Of a DNA stretch of 64,000 nucleotides, positions 1-9,950 are shown in pieces. Source of the DNA: a virus; IMG/VR virus record IMGVR_UViG_3300020456_000005; one strand, 5' to 3'. The first letter of the stretch is position 1; each line of letters opens with the position of its first letter. A program made the position numbers and the translations under genes. The notes under the pieces were generated by a model, which was not told where the DNA came from, searched no databases, and was given only the letters and a program-made list of their open reading frames with translations.

Positions 1-2
1 GT

Positions 3-1919
3 GCAGTTGGTGAGTTGATCAGTGATCAATCTCCTTCCAACTACCTCTATTACTTCCCAGTTAAGGGAACCTTCGTACAGAATGAAGTTGTCACTGGACA
101 AACTTCATCTGCATATGTAACTCTCGTTAATAACACTGATGCAGTCACTGGACAGAAAGGTTTCGTACTTACTGTTGTTGATCTTGCTGCTGGTCCTGAC
201 CAAGGTGGTTCTGTTGAATTGCAGGACAACGGAGTTAATGATGACGCTGGTTCATACGTTATCTCCAACTCCAGCTACACTGCTCCAGATGGTAGAGGTT
301 CTCTAACCGTCAACAGAGGTGCTCTAGGATCTACTGCAGCAGCTCATGATGGTACTACATCTATTACACACTATCCAGAGAACGCAACTGCTGTAACAAC
401 TACATTGAGTGGTGCTATCAACTCAACCTCAACAGGTACTGAAGCAGCACCATACATCATGGGTGTTGATAGTGTTACTGGAATGATTGCAAATGGTTAC
501 GTTGTTGTTAATCAGGAACTCTTTAAGGTTGTAGCAATTATCGCTGCAGACCAGATTGAGGTTGCTAGAGCACAAGACGGAACGATTGCACAAAACCACG
601 CACAAGGCGATGCGGTAACAATTTATCAGACAAAGGTTACTTCTCAGGATGAACTGATTGAAGATACAACTGATGCTCAATTGGCCCTTCGTGTTAAGCG
701 TGCAGACCTCAACTTTGAGGCAAATGATTATGTCAAGATTGACAATGAATTCTTCCTTATCTCTGCAGTAACTCCTGATACTACTGGTATTACTACACTT
801 CTCTTCTCTGATGAGAAAGTAATTGCTGCAGGCGATGGACAAGACTTTAAGATTCGCTATCGTTATTCACAGGTCAGACTAACTGCTCACGACTTCCTAG
901 ACGTTGGTACTGGAAGCAAAGCAAATACTAATTGGCCTGGTCTACCTCTATCACCAAACGTTCCTTCATACGAGACTGATGAATCCCGTCCAGGTCGTGT
1001 TTACTACGTATCCACGGACCAAGATGGTAACTTCGCAGTTGGTAAGTACTTCAGAGTTGAACAGGCAACTGGTAAAGCAACTCTAGACGCTTCCGCGTTT
1101 GACCTATCTGGTCTATCAAGTTTGAGACTTGGTTCTATCGGTGCTCAGTTGGGTGCTGCTATTAACGAGTTCTCAACTGACGGCACGATGGCGCAGAACA
1201 GTAACGAGAAAGTTCCTACTCAGGCAGCAGTCGTTACTTACATCAGCAATCTAAGCGGTGTTGATTCTGACTTTAGCATTGGTGGTAACCTCACTGTTAA
1301 GGGAACTACAACAACAGTTTCTTCTGTTACTGTTACTTCAAAAGACCGTAACATTGAACTTGGTACTGTTGCTTCTGGATCTTTCACTGGTGATATTGCT
1401 GCTGGTTCAACTGATATTACAAACGTTAGTGACACCACAAACCTCGCACCAGGAGTTGCTATTTCACTAACCAGTGGTGGTGGCACAGTTACCATGTCTG
1501 GTTCTTATACAGTATCTTCTATCTCAGGAACTACAGTTACTCTAAGTGCTGTATTCCAAGGTAGTGGTAGTGCAACTGGTGCATCATTCACTGCTGGTGG
1601 ACCTTCAGATGTCACTGGCGACGGTGGTGGTATTACTGTAAAAGCTGGTAACGACAAGTCTATTTCTTGGTCTGCATCTGGTGATAAGTGGGTGCTTTCC
1701 GAGCACGTTGATATTCCTGCTTCTAAGGAATACCACATTGATGGAACCTCTGTTCTATCTGCAACTGCTGTACTAGGTAAGTCATTTGACAATGATACAA
1801 CCCTTGGCGCTGGATCTGCGGATGATGCATCTGTTCCTACTCAATTAGCAGTTAAGACATACGTTGACAGTCAAACTCAAGAAGTAACTGCTATCGGTTA
1901 TTTCATTGCAGCAATGTGA
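3..1919 (+). CDS. Large tail-fibre-like virion protein, 5'-truncated by the window edge
   Basis: Frame open from nt 3; G/T/S-rich; repeated motifs (INEFSTDGT..KVPTQAAVVTYI / FDNDTTL..SVPTQLAVKTYV); lies upstream of neck genes. Confidence 0.7.
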   Translation, partial: AVGELISDQSPSNYLYYFPVKGTFVQNEVVTGQTSSAYVTLVNNTDAVTGQKGFVLTVVDLAAGPDQGGSVELQDNGVNDDAGSYVISNSSYTAPDGRGSLTVNRGALGSTAAAHDGTTSITHYPENATAVTTTLSGAINSTSTGTEAAPYIMGVDSVTGMIANGYVVVNQELFKVVAIIAADQIEVARAQDGTIAQNHAQGDAVTIYQTKVTSQDELIEDTTDAQLALRVKRADLNFEANDYVKIDNEFFLISAVTPDTTGITTLLFSDEKVIAAGDGQDFKIRYRYSQVRLTAHDFLDVGTGSKANTNWPGLPLSPNVPSYETDESRPGRVYYVSTDQDGNFAVGKYFRVEQATGKATLDASAFDLSGLSSLRLGSIGAQLGAAINEFSTDGTMAQNSNEKVPTQAAVVTYISNLSGVDSDFSIGGNLTVKGTTTTVSSVTVTSKDRNIELGTVASGSFTGDIAAGSTDITNVSDTTNLAPGVAISLTSGGGTVTMSGSYTVSSISGTTVTLSAVFQGSGSATGASFTAGGPSDVTGDGGGITVKAGNDKSISWSASGDKWVLSEHVDIPASKEYHIDGTSVLSATAVLGKSFDNDTTLGAGSADDASVPTQLAVKTYVDSQTQEVTAIGYFIAAM

Positions 1920-1920
1920 T

Positions 1921-1928
1921 TATAAATA
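1921..1928 (+). promoter_or_regulatory. T4-type late promoter TATAAATA
   Basis: Exact T4 late consensus, intergenic, upstream of 1973. Confidence 0.75.
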
Positions 1929-1972
1929 ATCAAAACACTCTAAAGTCCGATCATAACAAGGAGAATTAACCA

Positions 1973-2287
1973 ATGGCATCAGGAGTATATGGAAAGGCGG
2001 ACTTAACCGCCTCTACTTGGACGACACTAGTCGCCGCACCTACATCTGGAACTAAAGTTTGTACTGTTAACCTATCTAACAGAACAGGATCTAACATTAC
2101 CGTAAGAATTGCACTCGCATCAACTACTACTGTAACTGATGCTGATTATATTGAATATGAAGTAACTCTTCCAGCAAATGGTGTTTTAGAAAGAACGGGT
2201 ATTGTTCTAGATACCTCAAACGGTATTCAAGTATATGCAGGTGGAACTGGCATTAGTGCAGTTTCATACGGTATTGATGGTAATTGA
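1973..2287 (+). CDS. Small putative fibre-associated virion protein (104 aa)
   Basis: AGGAG RBS; beta-rich; directly follows the fibre gene. Confidence 0.6.
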   Translation: MASGVYGKADLTASTWTTLVAAPTSGTKVCTVNLSNRTGSNITVRIALASTTTVTDADYIEYEVTLPANGVLERTGIVLDTSNGIQVYAGGTGISAVSYGIDGN

Positions 2288-2325
2288 TTCATCATATTGA
2301 TAACGAACTATAATAGGAAAAACTA

Positions 2326-3873
2326 ATGGCTCGCAGATTAACAACAGCTGGAACTGCACTTCAACAGAAAACAATTAATCCATTTTCTCAACCGTGTTTT
2401 ACAGCATACACCATGAACCACTCTCATGGTGGTGGGTACTATCAGTACGATCACAATTTTAACCTAATTGCTGCGGACCATGGTACTGGCGACGGTAGTG
2501 GATATGGTACGTTTAGAACGTATACTACTTCTGCTACTGAATTCTTTGAGAGTTCATCTAGTTATAGTAGTACTCAAACAAACGAAACTTCTAGTACTAA
2601 CGGTGGTTGGTATGTATCTCATACTCCTATGGTCGGATATTTGGGGCATATGAGTCATACTCAAAGTGGCGGATCTTCAGGAAATATGGGTGGTTGGATT
2701 GCTGCTGGACGTGATAATGGTACTTCCTATAGAGCATATGCTTTCAGGGAATGTGTTCCCATTGTAGGTGAAACTTCCCAAGACTACGCACTGTTTTTCC
2801 CTAACGGTCATAATCAATCAAAACAAGAATTAATCTTAGGTCAAAGATCTGCTACAAATTATTATTCATTAAGACGTAACGGTAGATATACTGGAAGAAC
2901 TTATATCCCAAACACTTGGGAAGACCGTGATGGAAACAGTACAAATTTCTACACCACATATGGCGGTGGTTGCTATAACAAGAAACAGAATAAGTTTCTT
3001 ATTATGTACACGACTACTGATGGACGTTTCAAACCAGTAGTTTATAATAACGTTCCTGATCTTAGAGAATTCTCCCATAACGCTCAAGCGTTATACAATA
3101 ATAATTTCACTTCCAGTCAGGATGAGGATAGTAATGCAAACAAATTATACGAGTATTTCCACAATACTGCTAATGCTACTGAATATCAGCAGATAACTGG
3201 TTGGACTCCTTATAACAATCTTTCTAGTACTAATGAATCTAGATATAGACCTGTTCCTTTTCTATGTGACAATGGAGACATTCTACTCTTCTCAATGAAT
3301 CCTAGTTATGGATATAGTATTTGGAAATGGGATGGAACTACAAAAGAGCAAGTAAGAATAAGTAGTAACGAAAATAATCTTAATCAAAACGGCGAATATT
3401 ATCATGCATATAATTGGACTACTAACTATGGTCATGAGCAAGCTCATCAATGGGGTTCAAGATGGCAAGTAAGTACTGATGGTAAATATGCTTGGGCATA
3501 CTGTGCTTCATACTATTATGGTGCTGGTGCATACTTTATGGTAGTTAGAATATCTGACGGTAAAATTCTTAAATTTGAAAATACTGATAGTACTTATGGA
3601 AGACAACCATGTCCCGTAGGTACTAGTTCTATGGGATGGTTAGAATGTTATAACACAGATGGTGGAGCAGGACTTTATTTCTCATGTCATGATTTAGAAT
3701 ATGAATTTGAGAGAAGAGGTAATGGACAGAACCTTTCTTTAGATGGTAACTACATTCATACCCATTTTGAAGCTGGTACTTACAGCACTTCATATCCATG
3801 TATTATTCCAGCACATTATGATACTTCACTATTCAATAGTGAACCACACATGCCCAACTTAGATAACGTATAA
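2326..3873 (+). CDS. Putative receptor-binding/fibre-tip protein, paralogue A (515 aa)
   Basis: Y/W/G/N-rich; collinear similarity to 4413..5894; function inferred from context. Confidence 0.5.
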   Translation: MARRLTTAGTALQQKTINPFSQPCFTAYTMNHSHGGGYYQYDHNFNLIAADHGTGDGSGYGTFRTYTTSATEFFESSSSYSSTQTNETSSTNGGWYVSHTPMVGYLGHMSHTQSGGSSGNMGGWIAAGRDNGTSYRAYAFRECVPIVGETSQDYALFFPNGHNQSKQELILGQRSATNYYSLRRNGRYTGRTYIPNTWEDRDGNSTNFYTTYGGGCYNKKQNKFLIMYTTTDGRFKPVVYNNVPDLREFSHNAQALYNNNFTSSQDEDSNANKLYEYFHNTANATEYQQITGWTPYNNLSSTNESRYRPVPFLCDNGDILLFSMNPSYGYSIWKWDGTTKEQVRISSNENNLNQNGEYYHAYNWTTNYGHEQAHQWGSRWQVSTDGKYAWAYCASYYYGAGAYFMVVRISDGKILKFENTDSTYGRQPCPVGTSSMGWLECYNTDGGAGLYFSCHDLEYEFERRGNGQNLSLDGNYIHTHFEAGTYSTSYPCIIPAHYDTSLFNSEPHMPNLDNV

Positions 3874-3875
3874 CC

Positions 3876-4373
3876 ATGGCTTTCGTAGGATATAATAAAG
3901 AATTTGGCAATGCCACAGGTGTTTATGACACCGAAGCAGAAGCCCTTAAACGTGGGGGAGCTCGCCCAGAAGATTATATTGTAGTAGAATATGATTGGCA
4001 GGAAACCGATTACCTACCGTCAATGACGGTATCAGATGCTGGTGTCATGTCAAATAGATTTCCTGGTAAAACAATTGATGAGCAACGTGCTTTAATTGAA
4101 GCAGAATCTGAACAAAGACAAATTGACACTGAAATCAAATTCAAAACTGAAGCAATTAAACTGCATGCCAGAGTATTACTAGAAGAAATGCAATGGATGG
4201 AAACACGAGCTCGTGATACCGATTTAGTTAATGGTAATAATGATGCGATGAATGCTTATCGTGCAAAAAGAAATTTAGTTAGAACTGAATCAAACGAAGC
4301 AGAAGTGAAATTGAATGCATTAACGACTATTGAAGAACTAAGAGCATTTCAAGCTAAAGACCAATTCAGCTAA
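3876..4373 (+). CDS. Putative tail-fibre assembly chaperone, paralogue A (165 aa)
   Basis: Acidic with helical C-terminus; shares NRFPGKT..EQ.AL with 5925..6458. Confidence 0.45.
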   Translation: MAFVGYNKEFGNATGVYDTEAEALKRGGARPEDYIVVEYDWQETDYLPSMTVSDAGVMSNRFPGKTIDEQRALIEAESEQRQIDTEIKFKTEAIKLHARVLLEEMQWMETRARDTDLVNGNNDAMNAYRAKRNLVRTESNEAEVKLNALTTIEELRAFQAKDQFS

Positions 4374-4412
4374 ATATAGTTGATTGATATCCCAAGATAC
4401 TGAGTATTCCCA

Positions 4413-5894
4413 ATGGCAAGAAGTATTAGCACAAAACCCGCAACGGTTAAATCAAAAACTCAAAATCCATATACACAACCATGTTTTGCTACGTATGCAT
4501 GCGAACATAGTGTATATGGATGTGGGTATATTTTATTTGATCATAACCTTGAAGCAATTGGAAAATACGTTGGTGATGGAAACTATCACCAAAATCAATT
4601 CAGAACTTATACTTCGTATTCTCCAGAATTTTGGAATAACTATGCAGGTTCTGCTTACATGGAGACGCAAGGTCATGCAGGTAGTAGCGAGAATTATGGT
4701 TCTAATACCTGTAATAATGGTTACTTAGGACATATGGGTCATTATAGCGTGACTGAATTTGCTAAAACTGCAGGATATAACCGTGGTTGGCCATCAGCAC
4801 ACAATTATAATGCATATGGATTTAGAGATGTTAATTCTATTGTAGGTGATATCAATCAAGATTGGGCATGGTTTACTGACAGAGATGGAAGTGGACACAG
4901 AATGTTGTTTGGTCAAAGAAGTGCTGCTAAGTATTATCAGAATAGGGTTAGAGAAGGGATGAACATGGTTAATGTCCCAATTCAATCTCAAGAAGGTCCT
5001 ACTAGTAGTACTGGAACTACGGATAATAGATTCTATGGTGGTTCCTGCATCAATACCAGAGCTAATAGAGTTTGCTTGATGCAAACAGATGGCAGTGGTT
5101 ATAAGCAACCCATTGTTTATAACAATGTAAAAATGGATTGGAGAGCATACGCTCTTCATAATAATCATTTTGCAGGAACAACAGAAGCAAGTGCTGCTAA
5201 ATCAGATAGTGATTCAAAGATCTATCAGTTCTTTAACAACAGTGCAAACTATACTGCATATGATAGAGCAAATCATTCTAATGCAGCATCTTACTCAGGT
5301 TCAGGAGAATCTTATTGGAGAACTCAATCTTGTATCTGTGATAATGGAATGGTATATACCTTCTCAATGACACCTGGCAACGGTTGTTCATTTGAAAAGT
5401 GGAATACGGACGGAACATACGCTGGTGTACAATGGAACGGAACTTGGACCACATCATATGGTTATGAGCAAGGTCATCGCTTTGGTTCTAGATGGCAAGT
5501 AAGTAGCGATGGTGAGTATTGGTGGGCATACTGTCCTTCATACTATTATGGTGCTGGTATTTACTTTGCAGTGGTTAGAGTCAGTGATGGTAAGTGGTTG
5601 TATTTCCAATCAAATGATAGTACTCATGGAAGATCTTTGGCACCATTAGGTAAACATAAAATGGTGTATACATATTCCACCAACAAAGATAATCCTGGTA
5701 CTTACTACAGAATTATGGATTTTGATTATGAATTCAGAAGAAGACCTAATGGAGACAATATCGGTGACTGGGATAGTAACTATTCCGCTTACTTACTTGA
5801 TACTGCAGGAAACAGTACTGGATATCCATTCATTATTCCAGCGATGTACAACACTTCCCTGTTTACTTCTCAGTTAGAGAGTAACGTAGAGTAA
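4413..5894 (+). CDS. Putative receptor-binding/fibre-tip protein, paralogue B (493 aa)
   Basis: Shares NP.(S/T)QPCF, GYLGHM.H, GQRSA..YY, GSRWQVS.DG and YYYGAG with 2326..3873. Confidence 0.5.
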   Translation: MARSISTKPATVKSKTQNPYTQPCFATYACEHSVYGCGYILFDHNLEAIGKYVGDGNYHQNQFRTYTSYSPEFWNNYAGSAYMETQGHAGSSENYGSNTCNNGYLGHMGHYSVTEFAKTAGYNRGWPSAHNYNAYGFRDVNSIVGDINQDWAWFTDRDGSGHRMLFGQRSAAKYYQNRVREGMNMVNVPIQSQEGPTSSTGTTDNRFYGGSCINTRANRVCLMQTDGSGYKQPIVYNNVKMDWRAYALHNNHFAGTTEASAAKSDSDSKIYQFFNNSANYTAYDRANHSNAASYSGSGESYWRTQSCICDNGMVYTFSMTPGNGCSFEKWNTDGTYAGVQWNGTWTTSYGYEQGHRFGSRWQVSSDGEYWWAYCPSYYYGAGIYFAVVRVSDGKWLYFQSNDSTHGRSLAPLGKHKMVYTYSTNKDNPGTYYRIMDFDYEFRRRPNGDNIGDWDSNYSAYLLDTAGNSTGYPFIIPAMYNTSLFTSQLESNVE

Positions 5895-5924
5895 TAAATA
5901 ATAAGAGGAAACTAGAGTAATCAC

Positions 5925-6458
5925 ATGGCACACATCTTTTTTACCACAGAAGCAGGGGTGATTAAACCAAAAAATATTTGGGATTTAAAACCATTTGAGG
6001 ACGAGACACTAGAATCTGGTGATTATCTTGTTGAGTATGATTTTGATCCTACTGTTGAGGAATTTCTATCTTTATCATTGAATGATGCCAAAGATACTGT
6101 TGTTAATCGTTTCCCTGGTAAAACATTAGCAGAACAGAAAGCGTTGCTGGCAGAAGAAACTAAAGCAGAAAGAATTGCATTAGTTAAGGATGTTAAAACT
6201 AGAAGAATTAAATCTTTAGTTGCGGATGCTATTGAACCAGTTGAGTGGAGAGCAGAAAGAGCAATAGAACTAGATGCTATAGAAGGTGATGGTGTTACTA
6301 CCAGACAAGCAAAAGTTGCTGCATATAGAAAAGCAGCACGTGATGCTAATAATGCACACGAAGCGGCTTTACTAGCTCTTACTGAAGAAGAAGATATAGT
6401 AGCATTTGATCCTAATTGGGTTCCTGCATTTCAGGCAGCAAATCCAATTGATTTCTGA
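5925..6458 (+). CDS. Putative tail-fibre assembly chaperone, paralogue B (177 aa)
   Basis: Paralogue of 3876..4373. Confidence 0.45.
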   Translation: MAHIFFTTEAGVIKPKNIWDLKPFEDETLESGDYLVEYDFDPTVEEFLSLSLNDAKDTVVNRFPGKTLAEQKALLAEETKAERIALVKDVKTRRIKSLVADAIEPVEWRAERAIELDAIEGDGVTTRQAKVAAYRKAARDANNAHEAALLALTEEEDIVAFDPNWVPAFQAANPIDF

Positions 6459-6472
6459 TCATCATTAGCAAT

Positions 6473-6506
6473 TATAAATACCCTTAGGAAACTAGGGGTA
6501 TTTTTT
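6473..6506 (+). promoter_or_regulatory. Late promoter TATAAATA overlapping a hairpin + T-tract directly before g13
   Basis: TATAAATA 6473-6480; stem ATACCCTTAG-GAAA-CTAGGGGTAT, then T-run and ATG. Confidence 0.7.
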
Positions 6507-7310
6507 ATGGCTCAACCTTCTAGCAGGTCCGAGCTAAGGGACTACTGTTTAAGACAATTAGGGTTCCCAGTTCTGGAAATCAACATAGATGACGATCAAA
6601 TTGACGATGCAATTGATGATGCATTGCAATATTATCGTGAGCGTCATTATGATGGTGTAGAACGTATGTACCTAAAGCATCTGTTTACTGCTGCAGATGA
6701 AACTAAATTTGAAACTTCAAATACCACTACAACAGTTAATGGAGATACATGGGAAGAAAGAAATAGATACATTTCTATCCCTCCTCACGTCATGGGTATT
6801 TCCAGAGTTTTTGGACTTGCAAGTAATGCGATTAGAAATAACCTGTTTGGCATTGAGTATCAGATTTTTCTAAATGATCTTTATGCTGTTGGTTCACTTG
6901 ATATGCTTAACTACTTCATGGTTAAGCAGTGGATGGAAACCATTGATATGGTTTTAAATAATGGTTCTTTTGTTGAGTATAGATTTAATTTACGTCAGGA
7001 TAGATTATACCTAGATGTAGGTAAAGACATGCTTGATGAAGATGTATATGTGATTATTGATTGCTTTAGAGCTCTTGATCCAGATACATTTACTCAAGTT
7101 TATAACGATACTTTTGTTAAAAAGTATACAACCGCATTGATTAAAAGGCAATGGGGTCAGAATCTTATTAAGTTTAATGGTATTCAACTTCCTGGTGGAG
7201 TAAGTATGAATGGCAGACAGTTATATGATGATGCAGAAAAAGAAATTGCTGCACTAATGGAAAAATCTAGCAGCACATTTGAACTTCCCCCAATGGATAT
7301 GATCGGATGA
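6507..7310 (+). CDS. g13: Neck protein gp13
   Basis: LRQLGFPVLEINI, KRQWGQNLIKF..QLPGG; T4 synteny. Confidence 0.93.
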   Translation: MAQPSSRSELRDYCLRQLGFPVLEINIDDDQIDDAIDDALQYYRERHYDGVERMYLKHLFTAADETKFETSNTTTTVNGDTWEERNRYISIPPHVMGISRVFGLASNAIRNNLFGIEYQIFLNDLYAVGSLDMLNYFMVKQWMETIDMVLNNGSFVEYRFNLRQDRLYLDVGKDMLDEDVYVIIDCFRALDPDTFTQVYNDTFVKKYTTALIKRQWGQNLIKFNGIQLPGGVSMNGRQLYDDAEKEIAALMEKSSSTFELPPMDMIG

Positions 7311-8716
7311 AAAAGGTATACTTTCCTCAGTACGGTGGTAATAAGACTGAACAAAATCTTGTACAAGATTTAGTAGACGAACAGATTAAACTGTTTGGTC
7401 AGGATGTCTATTATATTCCTAGAGTTCAAATTAAAGATAGAACGTTAGGAGAAGTTATTCAATCTGAATTCAATCAAAGTTATATGATTGAAATGATGAT
7501 GGTTAACGTAGAAGGTTTTGGAGCAGGCAATGAATTTATCAGTAAATTTGGTCTTAGGATTACTGATGAAATTACATTTGTTGTTTCAAGAAGAAGATGG
7601 GAACAGTCTGCAAATCCTGCTTTAAATTTAGCAGTAGATGGTAGACCCAATGAAGGAGATTTAGTTTACTTTCCATTAACTGAAGATACATATGAAATAA
7701 AGTATGTTGAAAGAGAACAACCTTTCTTCCAGTTGGGGAAACAGTATTTTTATGTTCTTACTGCTGAGCTCTACGAGCAAGGAGCAGACAAATTTGACAC
7801 GGGAATTGACGAAATTGACGGTATTGAAAGAGATTTCAGTAACATCACAACCCTTAATCTTGGTCTTACTACCAGACAGCAAGCAACTGGAACAGTTACC
7901 GTTGATTCTAGCGGCAGTATATCTGGAGCAACTGTAACACTAGCAGGCACTGGATATAACACTGCTCCAAATGTAACGATAACTAATGCTGGAAATGCAT
8001 CTGGTGGAATTATTGAATCAACTATTTCTGATGGAGGTGTAGTATCTTTATCGGTTGTAAATGGTGGTATTAATTTTGATCCATCTAATCCACCAACAAT
8101 TGTGATTGATGCCCCACCAGAAGGAATTCAATTTATTGCAGATGAGCATGTTGTTATTGGTGGGATGGTACAGCAGAGTGGTAGTAGAACATGGACATCA
8201 TCTAATGGTGTCATTGAAGTAACTGCACTTGGTGGATTTGATCCTAACTATGCAACTACCACACAGAAAAAATATTACTATTGGAAATTTGAAGATAGTA
8301 GAATTTCTTATGTGTACACATTTAATGGTACAGATGCAACAACTGTACCAGGACATTTTTATTATGATTCAACAAATTTAAAGTATGTAATCAATGCATA
8401 CACTGAGACTGTTACTAGCGGTCAAAGAGCGCAGATGTTTGACCTAGACAGTGCAACTATTGCTGAGGTTGCAGATTGGAATGGTTCTACTTACACATTA
8501 GAAGTTATGAACCGTACTGGAAACTTTATTGATGGTGATTTGGTTCGTGGTGTAGAATCAAATGCGATATATACAGTTGGATCGTTCTCTACGATTGACA
8601 ACACAAGCACCGAGTTTGATCAAAATCAATCAATAGAAAGTGGTGCGGATGACATTATTGATTGGGGTGAGAAAAACCCATTCGGTGAATTTGGTAATTT
8701 TACAGGTAGCTTCTGA
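7307..8716 (+). CDS. g14: Neck protein gp14 with central insertion
   Basis: EQNLVQDLVDEQIKLFG, RPNEGDLVYFP, C-terminal EKNPFGE. Confidence 0.92.
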   Translation: MKKVYFPQYGGNKTEQNLVQDLVDEQIKLFGQDVYYIPRVQIKDRTLGEVIQSEFNQSYMIEMMMVNVEGFGAGNEFISKFGLRITDEITFVVSRRRWEQSANPALNLAVDGRPNEGDLVYFPLTEDTYEIKYVEREQPFFQLGKQYFYVLTAELYEQGADKFDTGIDEIDGIERDFSNITTLNLGLTTRQQATGTVTVDSSGSISGATVTLAGTGYNTAPNVTITNAGNASGGIIESTISDGGVVSLSVVNGGINFDPSNPPTIVIDAPPEGIQFIADEHVVIGGMVQQSGSRTWTSSNGVIEVTALGGFDPNYATTTQKKYYYWKFEDSRISYVYTFNGTDATTVPGHFYYDSTNLKYVINAYTETVTSGQRAQMFDLDSATIAEVADWNGSTYTLEVMNRTGNFIDGDLVRGVESNAIYTVGSFSTIDNTSTEFDQNQSIESGADDIIDWGEKNPFGEFGNFTGSF

Positions 8717-9513
8717 TGTTAGGAACACAATTTTATAACGAGGCAGTTAGAAAAACTGTCATATCATTTGGAACATTATTCAATAATATTGAATTGAAAA
8801 AAACTGTTGATGGTCAAGTACTTGAGACAGAAAAAGTTCCTTTAGCTTATGGACCTAAACAAAAATTTCTTTATAGACTTCAAGGCAATCCAACTGACGG
8901 AAGAAAAGTAGCAATTACTTTGCCAAGACTTTACTTTGAAATGTCTAGTATTGAATATGATGGGTCTAGAAAAACAACAGCATTACAAAAATATAGAACC
9001 GTAATTGATGATAACGGCACAGAAGTTAAGACACAGTATGTTCCAGTTCCATACAATATCGGATTTGAATTAGGAGTTATTGCAAAGTCTCAAGATGATG
9101 GACTTCAGATTCTAGAACAAATTTTACCATTCTTCCAACCATCATTGAACGTAAGTATTAAATTTATTCCTGATATGGATGAGATTAGGGATGTTTCTAT
9201 TGTACTAAACAATATAAATTTTGAAGATGATTGGGAAGATGATTTTACTACAAGAAGATCTATAACTTATACATTATCATTTACTGCAAAGTCTTACATC
9301 TATGGTCCTTACACCAAGGCAGATGTCATTCGTAAGTCACGAGTTATTGAGACTATTGGTGATCTTAATGTTAATAAGAGGCATGTTGAATTAAACTATA
9401 CTCCTAAGGCAACTGTTGATTATAATCAAGATGGACAAGTTGATGCTGCAGACGATGCATTTGTAACTGCAGATGATGATTTTGGATTTAACGAAGGAGT
9501 TGAATTCTTATGA
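8716..9513 (+). CDS. g15: Tail sheath stabiliser/completion protein gp15
   Basis: FGTLFNNI, VPLAYGPKQKF, QILEQILPFFQP. Confidence 0.93.
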   Translation: MLGTQFYNEAVRKTVISFGTLFNNIELKKTVDGQVLETEKVPLAYGPKQKFLYRLQGNPTDGRKVAITLPRLYFEMSSIEYDGSRKTTALQKYRTVIDDNGTEVKTQYVPVPYNIGFELGVIAKSQDDGLQILEQILPFFQPSLNVSIKFIPDMDEIRDVSIVLNNINFEDDWEDDFTTRRSITYTLSFTAKSYIYGPYTKADVIRKSRVIETIGDLNVNKRHVELNYTPKATVDYNQDGQVDAADDAFVTADDDFGFNEGVEFL

Positions 9514-9923
9514 GTAGTCTAGAAGAAAATATGGAAGACATCCTCAACATAGATGCTGAGGTAGTAGAAAGTAAACCAAGTAAACCAGTTCCACCTAAAG
9601 TGGACAAGGACGACCGCACAAAAGACTATGAGTATACTCGTGGAGAATTGTACTCACTCATAGATCAGGGTCAGGAGGCGGTCAGAGGTGCCTTAGAGGT
9701 TGCTCAGGAAAGTGGGCACCCAAGAGCATACGAGGTTGCTGTAGCGGCAATGAAGCACGTTGCAGACATGACTGAGAAACTACAAGACCTTCATAAGAAG
9801 ATGAAAGATTTAGATGCTGAAGCAAAGAAAGGTCCAAACAGCGTCACTAATAATGCTATGTTCGTTGGCAGTACAGCAGAACTACAAAAAATGCTAAAGG
9901 AAATGGGCGGTGGTAAACGGTAA
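9510..9923 (+). CDS. g16: Terminase small subunit gp16
   Basis: DYEYTR, ESGHPRAYEV, FVGSTAELQKML. Confidence 0.93.
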   Translation: MSSLEENMEDILNIDAEVVESKPSKPVPPKVDKDDRTKDYEYTRGELYSLIDQGQEAVRGALEVAQESGHPRAYEVAVAAMKHVADMTEKLQDLHKKMKDLDAEAKKGPNSVTNNAMFVGSTAELQKMLKEMGGGKR

Positions 9924-9950
9924 ATAAATATCATTGTGAGCAACTAAATT

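Noticed and set aside
4384-4728. Alternate-frame + strand ORFs inside large genes (also 12421..12807, 43017..43415, 58602..59012)
   Set aside because: Leu-rich frame shadows without RBS or motifs
3428-5558. Diversity-generating retroelement template/variable repeat pair
   Set aside because: Mismatches are not adenine-specific, both copies are mid-gene, and no reverse transcriptase is in the window
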